From Gemmatimonadales bacterium (GTDB lineage Bacteria; Gemmatimonadota; Gemmatimonadetes; Gemmatimonadales; GWC2-71-9), in contig OZ252244.1 of NCBI GenBank assembly GCA_965249575.1, positions 527,127-591,126 on the forward strand: a stretch of DNA of 64,000 bases, in the 5' to 3' direction. Under the pieces are notes generated by a model that was not told the origin of the DNA, searched no databases, and was given only the letters and a program-made list of their open reading frames with translations. Below are positions 36,002 through 43,571 of the stretch, one piece after another (the stretch's first letter is position 1; every line of letters starts with the position of its first letter). The position numbers were made by a program, and so were the translations under genes.

Positions 36002-37534
36002 ATGTTTACTCGCAAGTCCCCTAGTCCAGCACTAGGTGCGGTTCTGCTTGCCGCGGCCAGCCTCGCTGTTGGCGCGTGCTCCGAGACGGTACTGACCGGG
36101 CCAAGCGGGTTGAGCCAGGTCGGGGTTTTCGATGAGATCAGCCTGTCGGCGTTCGAGCAGATGCTGAGTGCGAACGACGGAAGCATGCAGATAACACTCG
36201 GGTCCAGCGGCATGACGGCAGGTGAAGTCGCGCTAGCGCCGGCCGATGGCTCGGGAGATCACGAGCGCATCGACAGCCATGTGACGGGTGTCCAACTGAA
36301 CGGTGATGCCGGGACCCTGCTGCTAGAGCTCGGCGGTCTTTCGGTGTCCTTCGACGCACACACGCGATTCCGTTCCAAGACCGGCGACGACCTGTCGCTA
36401 GCCGCCTTTATCGAACGCCTGGAGGCCGCGTTGGCCGAGGGGGATGTGGCCGCGGTACGGGCTCTCCGGCTGGTCACCGATCACCCGCGGAGTCCCGACG
36501 ACGCGTCTTTCTTTGCGGTCGAGCTCCGGCTCCTCACCGGTGAAGGGCCCTTCGAGATCGAGATGTTGGTCAACCGGGACAATTTCATCCCGAATGACAA
36601 CCCTCCACCGGACGGCTGGATCAAGGTGTTGGACCTCCTGATCGAAGTCTCCGTCAGCGACGGCCGCACACGGCTCGAGGAGAAGCGGTCCGACCCCGAC
36701 GCGGACTTCGTCGATTTCGAAGGACGCATCCGCTCCGTGGATCTCGAGCAGCACTCCTTTACGCTGGGCGATGGGACGGTCGTCTACCTGGCAGAGGATA
36801 CGAGGATCAAGTTCAAGCGCGGTGATGAGCACCGCCTCCCCTCGCTCGCCGCGGTTGCCGAGGCCGTACGGTCCGGGAAAGAGGTGTTCACGGCGGGCGA
36901 AGCGATGGTCAGGGGCCGCGAACCACTCACGCTCGTCGCGATTCACGTCGTTTTCGAAGTCGAGCCACCGCCGCTCGAAGACTTCAGAGGCATAGTTAGA
37001 TCCGTAAACGAATCCGAGCACACCGTCACGCTCGCCGATGGAATCGTCGTGCGTCTCACGGAGGATACCCGAATCAAGTTCGAAGAAGGATCTCCACACC
37101 ACCTTCGGACGCTCGGGGCCGTCGCCGAGGCGCTGCGCGCAGGCGAGACGGTTTTCGCCGCCGGTGAAGGTCGCGTGGTCGGCATCGAGCCGCTGGCGAT
37201 CGTGGCGAAGTGGGCGGTGTTCGAGGTCGAAGGCCCGCCAGTCGAGGACTTCGAGGGAGTTGTCGAATCGGTGGATCCGGCTGCGCACACCGCAACACTC
37301 ACCAATGGTCTCACGTTGCAGCTCACCGGTGACTCGCACATCAAATACGAGCCCGGCGATTCCAGGCGCCTGCCTTCTCTCGAGACGGTCGCAGAGGCTC
37401 TCCGGAACGGCGAGACTGTCGTAGCGCACGGGGCGGGAACGGTCGAAGAGTCCGCAAGCTCCCGTACGATCGTGGCGCACTGGGTGTTGTTCGAGGTGGA
37501 GAATACAGTCACACCCGCACCCGTCCCCGAGTGA
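36002..37534 (+). CDS. Lipoprotein with four DUF5666-like ~85-aa tandem repeats
   Basis: Signal/lipobox LLAAASLAVGAC. Three clear repeats: FEGRIRSVDLEQHSFTLGDGTVVYLAEDTRIKFKRGDEHRLPSLAAVAEAVRSGKEV.., FRGIVRSVNESEHTVTLADGIVVRLTEDTRIKFEEGSPHHLRTLGAVAEALRAGETV.., FEGVVESVDPAAHTATLTNGLTLQLTGDSHIKYEPGDSRRLPSLETVAEALRNGETV... One degenerate copy lies upstream. Confidence 0.75.
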   Translation: MFTRKSPSPALGAVLLAAASLAVGACSETVLTGPSGLSQVGVFDEISLSAFEQMLSANDGSMQITLGSSGMTAGEVALAPADGSGDHERIDSHVTGVQLNGDAGTLLLELGGLSVSFDAHTRFRSKTGDDLSLAAFIERLEAALAEGDVAAVRALRLVTDHPRSPDDASFFAVELRLLTGEGPFEIEMLVNRDNFIPNDNPPPDGWIKVLDLLIEVSVSDGRTRLEEKRSDPDADFVDFEGRIRSVDLEQHSFTLGDGTVVYLAEDTRIKFKRGDEHRLPSLAAVAEAVRSGKEVFTAGEAMVRGREPLTLVAIHVVFEVEPPPLEDFRGIVRSVNESEHTVTLADGIVVRLTEDTRIKFEEGSPHHLRTLGAVAEALRAGETVFAAGEGRVVGIEPLAIVAKWAVFEVEGPPVEDFEGVVESVDPAAHTATLTNGLTLQLTGDSHIKYEPGDSRRLPSLETVAEALRNGETVVAHGAGTVEESASSRTIVAHWVLFEVENTVTPAPVPE

Positions 37535-37541
37535 GGAGCGG

Positions 37542-37618
37542 GCAGTAAGGGGGCCACCCTTCCCCACCCCAACCGAATATCGGTGGGGGCGGGGGCCTGC
37601 TCACTGCTTACTGCTCAC
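37542..37618. terminator. Composite palindrome between the convergent DUF5666 gene and paralog D, same family as 30424-30497
   Basis: Outer arms GCAGTAAG (37542-37549) and CTTACTGC (37607-37614). Inner stem CCCCACCCCAACCGA (37562-37576) against TCGGTGGGGGCGGGG (37580-37594). The minus strand carries GTGAGCA-GTAAGCA-GTGAGCA. Confidence 0.5.
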
Positions 37619-37648
37619 GGGGCAGGGGTGGGGTGGGGAGGACCCTCC

Positions 37649-39013
37649 TCACTCGAGCGCGCTCACACGCGCCGGCGCCGGTGCCCCATCCGGCCCGTTG
37701 TCCCAATCCTGCGCGCTGGAGATGTTCGGCATTCCCCACTGATGACCGTTCCAGCCGTCAAAGCCGTCCATCCTGAAAGCCCAGAACCCAGTCGTCATGT
37801 CACTGATCACGACGAGACCATCCGCATTTCGAACGTCGATCCCGAAGGCGCCGTTTGAAACGCCCGTCCCCGTCTCCGGGGTATCGATTCCTCCCCAACC
37901 GCGCTGGTGCGGCCCGTCGTACGTGTCGTAGTAGCCGACCGTATAGGGGTTCGTTGGGTCCATCATGTTGAAAACGTGGAGGCCGTCCTCGTAGGTCGAC
38001 ACGAAAACGTACGGCCACCGGACCTCGTGATTGTGCGGCAGCCCCTGCCACCGAGCCGTCCAGGCGCCGATGGGACGACTGATCGTCTGCACTTCCTTGT
38101 CCAAGCCCGGCTTCAAGTCGAAGAGCCGAAGCGGAGCGTACTGATATTCCGTTTCCGCGACGGCGTAGCGCCCGTCCGGAGTTGGCGTGAAGGTGTGGCC
38201 GTTGGCCATTCCCGCAGCCCCGGTGATCGACGTCAGCAGTTTCGGCTCCTCAGGGCGAGTGACGTCGTAAATGTGATAGCCGCCCGACCCCGGTCCGTAG
38301 TACTTGTCCTGCCGCGTGGCGGGGTCGTAGGCAATGTAGAAGTCGTGGTACCCCCGTTGCGGCGCGAGTGGATTCTCGGGCACCGGTACGCGACCGATCA
38401 ACCCCTGTCTCGGGTCACCCGCCAGGAACTTCTGCATGTCGTAGATGTTGGAGTGTGGTCCCGTCGCCGTCGTGAACAGGAGCACCCGTCCATCGGAGTG
38501 TTTGTAGGCGAAAATGTTGTGAAATCCGCCCGGCGTTTCGGGTGCGCGGATGCGCCCAACTTCCCGAACCTGCGTCGTGTCCGGGAGACCGGTTACGTCC
38601 ACCACGACGGCACCCAGATCAGCGTTTGGGCTGCCCTGTGCGATCTGGAAGGATTGAACGTCGTAGTACCGCCCGCCGAGCTTGAAGTACTTGTTGTCCA
38701 TACCGCCCATGCCCCGGTGCAGGTCCGCATCCTCGATCACCCACGAGTAGAGGTGCTCGGCGTCATCGGGGTCCTTCAGTCCGATGATGGTGAACCCCAT
38801 CGAGCTCGTGCTCCCGTGCATCCGGGCCACGTACGCGAACGGCCGCGACATCTCCTGTTCGATCTCGATGTCGGCCACCGTGAACGTCCTGCCCAGTGGG
38901 ATGTGCGAGAGAATGCGGACGTTCCGGCTTCCCTGTTGTCCTGGCGGATATTGAGCCTCCGCCGTGGGTGCGACCAGCAAGACAAGAGTCGCAATGATCG
39001 CCTGGTTTTTCAT
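37649..39013 (-). CDS. Secreted beta-propeller protein, paralog D
   Basis: 454 aa. MKNQAIIATLVLLVAPTAEA/QYPPGQQGSRNVRILSH.. Long runs identical to paralog B (PGGFHNIFAYKHSDGRVLLFTT, GHTFTPTPDGRYAV, LPHNHEVRWPYVFVS, FDGWNGHQWGMPN). Confidence 0.9.
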   Translation of the reverse strand: MKNQAIIATLVLLVAPTAEAQYPPGQQGSRNVRILSHIPLGRTFTVADIEIEQEMSRPFAYVARMHGSTSSMGFTIIGLKDPDDAEHLYSWVIEDADLHRGMGGMDNKYFKLGGRYYDVQSFQIAQGSPNADLGAVVVDVTGLPDTTQVREVGRIRAPETPGGFHNIFAYKHSDGRVLLFTTATGPHSNIYDMQKFLAGDPRQGLIGRVPVPENPLAPQRGYHDFYIAYDPATRQDKYYGPGSGGYHIYDVTRPEEPKLLTSITGAAGMANGHTFTPTPDGRYAVAETEYQYAPLRLFDLKPGLDKEVQTISRPIGAWTARWQGLPHNHEVRWPYVFVSTYEDGLHVFNMMDPTNPYTVGYYDTYDGPHQRGWGGIDTPETGTGVSNGAFGIDVRNADGLVVISDMTTGFWAFRMDGFDGWNGHQWGMPNISSAQDWDNGPDGAPAPARVSALE

Positions 39014-39252
39014 GCCCTCACCTCCAGAGGTTCGATCGGTGAACCGCTCGCGGTGCGTCGCCCGCTCGCGGCCCGCCCCCAGCTAGTCCGTGAATTTGCT
39101 CCTCCCCTCGATGACCAGCAAGTCGACGGGCAAACCGGAGACCCCGCCCACCCGACGCTCGACACCCCTCCCCTGGCCCACCGCACCCATCCTGGTCCAT
39201 CTTCTGACGCAGGTCCGTACCAGCGATCACCGATGTTCAGGAGGCGCGTGAA

Positions 39253-40443
39253 ATGCTGAAGGCCATGATATCCAAGCCCGGCACTTCGTGGGAACGCCGA
39301 GTCGCTGTTTGGCTCGTGCTTGTTTTAGCCCTTCCAGCAGCTGGCGGCGCACAGGAGATACCACGGGCACGAGACATCGGAGTCCCGTTCGACGGCGCGC
39401 CCGGACCGCTCAATGCGATCACGGACGTCGTGGGCCTCGAGGTGGGCCACACGACGCTCATGTCTGGTGAGGGCCCGCTGGTCTTGGGAGAGGGCCCGGT
39501 TCGGACGGGCGTGACCGCGATTTTCCCCAAGGGGAAGAAATGGGAACCAGTTTACGCCGGCACCTACGCCCTGAACGGGTACGGTGACATGACAGGGACC
39601 CACTGGGTCAACGAAGGAGGGCTCCTCGGCGGACCGGTCATGATCACCAACACGCAGAGTGTTGGTATCGTGCGGGACGCCGTCAACGCCTGGTTTCAGG
39701 ACGTACTCCACCAACCGATCCCCTGGCACCAGCCGGTCGTCGGAGAGACGTCGGACGGGTTTCTCAACGACATCGGTGGGTTTCACGTCACGCGGGAGCA
39801 CGCCTTCGAGGCGATGAACGGTGCGCGCACGGGACCGGTCGTGGAGGGAAACGTCGGCGGCGGTACGGGCATGACCGCGCACGGCTTCAAGGGGGGGATC
39901 GGCACGTCGTCGAGGATGCTCGAACAGTCCCAGGGGGGATATACGGTCGGTGTGCTGGTGCAGGCGAACTACGGTGGCAGGTCGACATTCACGGTCGCGG
40001 GCGTGCCGGTCGGCAAGGAGATCACCGACCTTCAGCGGGACAGGTTTCCCCGGAGCGAGGGTGACCGTGACGGTTCGATCATCGTCGTCGTGGCAACAGA
40101 CGCGCCCCTCCTGCCACACCAGCTCGAGCGATTGGCCAGGCGCGTCCCGCTCGGGATCGCCAAGGTCGGTGGGATCGGTACGAACGGATCGGGCGACATC
40201 TTCATCGCGTTCTCGACAGCCAATCCGGGCGCTGCGGTTCGCCGGGGGGTCGCCGACATCACGATGTTGGCCAACAGCAGCATGACCCCCCTGTTTCTCG
40301 CAACCGTCCAGGCCACGGAGGAAGCGATCATCAACGCGCTCGTTGCCGCCGAGACGATGACTGGAGCGAATGGGACGGTATATGCCCTACCACACGACCG
40401 CCTGCGGGAGGTGCTGCGGAAATACAACCGGCTCAAACAGTGA
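39253..40443 (+). CDS. P1/S58 family peptidase (DmpA-type aminopeptidase), secreted
   Basis: 396 aa, signal VAVWLVLVLALPAAGGAQE. ..VRTGVTAIFPKG..NGYGDMTGTHWVNEGG..VVGETSDGFLNDIGG..GNVGGGTGMTAHGFKGGIGTSS.. Confidence 0.8.
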   Translation: MLKAMISKPGTSWERRVAVWLVLVLALPAAGGAQEIPRARDIGVPFDGAPGPLNAITDVVGLEVGHTTLMSGEGPLVLGEGPVRTGVTAIFPKGKKWEPVYAGTYALNGYGDMTGTHWVNEGGLLGGPVMITNTQSVGIVRDAVNAWFQDVLHQPIPWHQPVVGETSDGFLNDIGGFHVTREHAFEAMNGARTGPVVEGNVGGGTGMTAHGFKGGIGTSSRMLEQSQGGYTVGVLVQANYGGRSTFTVAGVPVGKEITDLQRDRFPRSEGDRDGSIIVVVATDAPLLPHQLERLARRVPLGIAKVGGIGTNGSGDIFIAFSTANPGAAVRRGVADITMLANSSMTPLFLATVQATEEAIINALVAAETMTGANGTVYALPHDRLREVLRKYNRLKQ

Positions 40444-40447
40444 GATC

Positions 40448-40531
40448 GGGAGTAGGGGGTAGGGGGTAGGGGGAAGGAGGAAGGGAGGCGGCGGCCGTTA
40501 CCAATCGCTAATCCCTATCCCCACCCCCGAT
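40448..40531 (+). repeat. G-rich heptad array (GGGAGTA GGGGGTA GGGGGTA GGGGGAA GGAGGAA GGGAGGC) with a distal C-rich complement, directly 3' of the stop at 40441-40443
   Basis: The heptads span 40448-40489. CCCTATCCCCACCCCCGAT at 40513-40531 is an imperfect reverse complement of ATCGGGAGTAGGGGGTAGGG at the left end. At least four G3+ runs are present (G-quadruplex-capable). Confidence 0.8.
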
Positions 40532-40551
40532 TGCGTTCGAAACCAGCCAGC

Positions 40552-40601
40552 GGTGAACCGGTGAGAACCGTGTGAACCGATCCGCGCACCAGTGGAACAC
40601 G
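40552..40601 (+). promoter_or_regulatory. Direct repeats GTGAACCG / GTGAGAACCG / GTGAACCG / GTGGAACACG upstream of kinase f (candidate regulator binding sites)
   Basis: The first three copies start at 40553, 40561 and 40572, and a fourth degenerate copy starts at 40592. They lie 110-160 nt upstream of the ATG at 40713. Confidence 0.25.
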
Positions 40602-40712
40602 CGGTGGTTTCCGGCATTGAATCAAGATGGATACATTGTTTCATGAGCCTCGAGCCAGACCCGCCGGTCACTTCTATCGGACCCCTCTACTGAGAAGGCT
40701 GGGCGACGCAGC

Positions 40713-43571
40713 ATGATCGATCAGGTCCGCAGAGCACTCGCCGGTCTATACCGAATCGACCGGGAGTTGGGACAGGGTGGAATGGCGGCCGTCTTTCTGG
40801 CCGAGGACCTCAAGCATCACCGGCCCGTGGCCGTCAAGGTGCTGCGGCACGACCTCGCCGCGTCCTTGGGGTCAGAGCGCTTCCTTCGCGAGATCGAGAT
40901 CGCGGCCCGGTTGAATCACCCGCACATCCTCCCGGTCCACGATTCCGGCGCGTCTGACGGGGTGCTCTACTACGTCATGCCGGTGGTCGAGGGCGAGTCG
41001 CTGCGGCAGCTGATGAACCGGGAAAAGCAGCTTCCCGTTGAACAAACGCTCGAGATCGCGAGGCAGGTCGCGTCGGCCCTCGACTACGCGCACCGGCAGG
41101 GGGTCGTGCACCGCGATATCAAGCCGGAGAACGTCATGCTCCACCAAGGCGAAGCCATGGTGATGGACTTCGGCATTGCCCTGGCGGTGAGCGCGGTGGA
41201 GGGCGAGCGGCTCACGGGCACCGGCTTGGCGATCGGTACGCCAGCATACATGAGCCCCGAGCAGGCGACTGGGAGCGCCGCAATCGACGCCCGCAGCGAT
41301 ATCTACAGCTTGGGCTGTGTCGTATACGAAATGCTGGCCGGCGAGCCACCATACACGGGCCCGACCCCCCAAGCTATCATGGCACGAAGCCTCACCGATG
41401 AAGCGCCCAAGATCCACACTATTCGTCGCGCCGTCCCCGAGTCCGTCGATGCTGCGGTGGCCCAAGCTCTATCCACGACCCCGGCCGACCGCCCCGGGAC
41501 CGCCGGGGAGTTCGTTGCCATGCTCTCCAGCAGTGCTACCGGTGTGAGACGGCGCGGACGCCGCAACGTCCCCCAATCGCTCATGGCAGCCGGGATCGCC
41601 GGGTTGCTCGTTGCCGCAGGGCTTTTTTGGGCATGGCCGCGCGCCGCTGCCAGCTCAGTGACCCCTGGCACCGAGGTCCTCGCCGTCGTGCCCTTCAACG
41701 CGGTGGGGGCAGATGTCGAAGTGCTCGGCGAAGGAATGATCGACCTCCTGTCCACCAACCTCGACGGCGTCGGAGGCATCCGGACGGTCGACCCGGGCAC
41801 CGTGTTGAGCCGGTGGCACAGACGCTCCGATGGAGGCGGTGGGTTGGAGACGGCGCTGGCGGTAGGACGGGAGGTCGAGGCCGGCTCGATCCTCACGGGA
41901 AGCGCGGTGCAAGCGGGCAACAGCGTCCGAATCACGGCGGATCTCTATCTCGTGGACGGGCAGAAGCTCGCCACCGCGTCCATCGACGGACCAACCGACA
42001 GCGTTCTGACATTGGTGGACAGCCTGAGCCTTCGGTTGGTTCGCGAGATCTGGCGAGCTCAGGAGCCCCTCCCCGGCCTGCGGGTCAGCGCAATCACTAC
42101 CGGTTCGGCGGACGCGATTCGCGCGTACCTGAGGGGGGAGCAGTACTACCGTCGCGCAGAGTGGGATTCCGCGATCGTCTCTTTTCAGGAAGCCGTGGAT
42201 GCCGATTCGACCTTCGCCCTCGCCTACGCACGGCTGGGATTCAGCCACGGCTGGGTCACGTCACTCTTCGGCAGGCCGTTTGCCGAGGCAGTGGCAGCGG
42301 CCGCCAGGCTCGCAGATCGGCTCCCCGAGCGGGATCGCTCGCTGGTGGTCGCGGGACAGCTCTTCGGCGAATTCAGCCTCGCGGGCCTGGACACCATGCG
42401 AGCCTACGTGGCGCGGTATCCGGGCGATGCCGACGGGTGGTTCCTGCTGGGCGATATCCAATACCACGCCCAGCCGATTCTGGCGCTCAGTCCCGACGAC
42501 TATTACGGGCCCTTTGAGCGAGCCGTGGAACTCAACCCGTCACTCGCCGCCGCGCTAATCCATCCCATCGAGCTCAGCCTCAGCACCGGCGACAGCGTGC
42601 GGTTCGCACGGTATCGTGAGCTCTACGAACAGGTGGGGGGAGACCTCCCCGCCGACCTGGGCTCCCTGAATGCCATCGCGTGGAGCCGCTCCGATACGAC
42701 TCTCAAGGCCGTGCGGCGGGCCTTTCGCGAGATCCGCCTGCTCTACGGGAGGTTCCCGGCTTTGTTCTACGGGTCACCGGCGCTCACGCCCCAGGATCTC
42801 CTAGTCGGCCTGGAGATGCCCGCGCGCCTACCGGCTGGTCTCCCCCCAGGCGCCAACCTGATGCAGCGTGGGTCGGTCTTGCAGAGCCTCGGGCGTCTGG
42901 CAGAGGCCAGGGTAGTTGCCGAGTCCCTCAAGGCCTACGATCAGATAGCCGGATATCAGATGCTGCTGGCCCCACTGTTTGGCGGCTACGCGTCCCCATC
43001 CCTCGCTGACGAAGCGGTGGACCTACTTGCACGCATCTCCCCCGATAGCGCACCGCACCGGGCGATCGTCAGCCTGGGTCTCAAGGACCTCGAGGGTGCC
43101 CGTCAGGCGATTCGGCTGGGGCTAGACCCAGATTTCGAGCTCACCCAGGGCCCGCCCAAATGGCGCAACCTCTTCACGGCAGCAGCAGGTTCACTCAAGC
43201 TGCTCGAGGGAGACACAGCCTCCGGTGTGCAGGAGCTTCGAGCCGCATTCGACGAGATCGGTTTCGGAAACCTGGCATATGCCGTGACTCCGCTCCGATT
43301 CCAGCTGGCAGCGACCCTCGCCGCACGGCCCCAGACCCGGGCCGAGGGCATCCGCCGGCTGCGGTGGGGCTTTCCCTACGCGCCTCAATATCGTGCAGTC
43401 GGCCACATGCTGATCGCGCGCGCACTCGAAGCTGAGGGAGACCGCACCGGAGCCGCCGATGCCTACGCGGAGGTATTGCGGCTCTGGAAGGGCGCGGACC
43501 CGGAGCTCCAGCCCATGGTTCGGGATGTCCGCGACGCGCTCACCCGCCTGACCGCCGAGCCGGTAAACTAG
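40713..43571 (+). CDS. Ser/Thr protein kinase with TM, periplasmic module and long TPR-like C-terminal region (kinase f, 952 aa)
   Basis: MIDQVRRALAGLYRIDRELGQGGMAAVFLAEDLKHHRPVAVK..VVHRDIKPENVML..DFGIALAVSAVEGERLTGTGLAIGTPAYMSPEQ; a TM segment LMAAGIAGLLVAAGLFWAW; VLAVVPFNAVGADVEVLGEGMIDLL. Confidence 0.92.
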   Translation: MIDQVRRALAGLYRIDRELGQGGMAAVFLAEDLKHHRPVAVKVLRHDLAASLGSERFLREIEIAARLNHPHILPVHDSGASDGVLYYVMPVVEGESLRQLMNREKQLPVEQTLEIARQVASALDYAHRQGVVHRDIKPENVMLHQGEAMVMDFGIALAVSAVEGERLTGTGLAIGTPAYMSPEQATGSAAIDARSDIYSLGCVVYEMLAGEPPYTGPTPQAIMARSLTDEAPKIHTIRRAVPESVDAAVAQALSTTPADRPGTAGEFVAMLSSSATGVRRRGRRNVPQSLMAAGIAGLLVAAGLFWAWPRAAASSVTPGTEVLAVVPFNAVGADVEVLGEGMIDLLSTNLDGVGGIRTVDPGTVLSRWHRRSDGGGGLETALAVGREVEAGSILTGSAVQAGNSVRITADLYLVDGQKLATASIDGPTDSVLTLVDSLSLRLVREIWRAQEPLPGLRVSAITTGSADAIRAYLRGEQYYRRAEWDSAIVSFQEAVDADSTFALAYARLGFSHGWVTSLFGRPFAEAVAAAARLADRLPERDRSLVVAGQLFGEFSLAGLDTMRAYVARYPGDADGWFLLGDIQYHAQPILALSPDDYYGPFERAVELNPSLAAALIHPIELSLSTGDSVRFARYRELYEQVGGDLPADLGSLNAIAWSRSDTTLKAVRRAFREIRLLYGRFPALFYGSPALTPQDLLVGLEMPARLPAGLPPGANLMQRGSVLQSLGRLAEARVVAESLKAYDQIAGYQMLLAPLFGGYASPSLADEAVDLLARISPDSAPHRAIVSLGLKDLEGARQAIRLGLDPDFELTQGPPKWRNLFTAAAGSLKLLEGDTASGVQELRAAFDEIGFGNLAYAVTPLRFQLAATLAARPQTRAEGIRRLRWGFPYAPQYRAVGHMLIARALEAEGDRTGAADAYAEVLRLWKGADPELQPMVRDVRDALTRLTAEPVN

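Noticed and set aside
24905-39013. Diversity-generating retroelement or cassette-switching mechanism acting on the four propeller paralogs
   Set aside because: There is no reverse transcriptase and no template/variable repeat pair with A-specific mismatches. Differences between paralogs are spread along the whole length, as expected for ordinary divergence.
37907-39259. 450-aa plus-strand ORF antisense to propeller paralog D; likewise 25514-26206 (+), 31099-31875 (+) and 36398-37567 (-)
   Set aside because: Same shadow-frame argument. The opposite strand encodes proteins conserved across four paralogs or internal repeats, whereas these frames show no paralog-level conservation pattern of their own.
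40642-40692. 16-codon upstream ORF (MSLEPDPPVTSIGPLY*) ahead of kinase f as a regulatory leader peptide
   Set aside because: It has no RBS, no conservation evidence and no attenuator structure. It is indistinguishable from a chance ORF.
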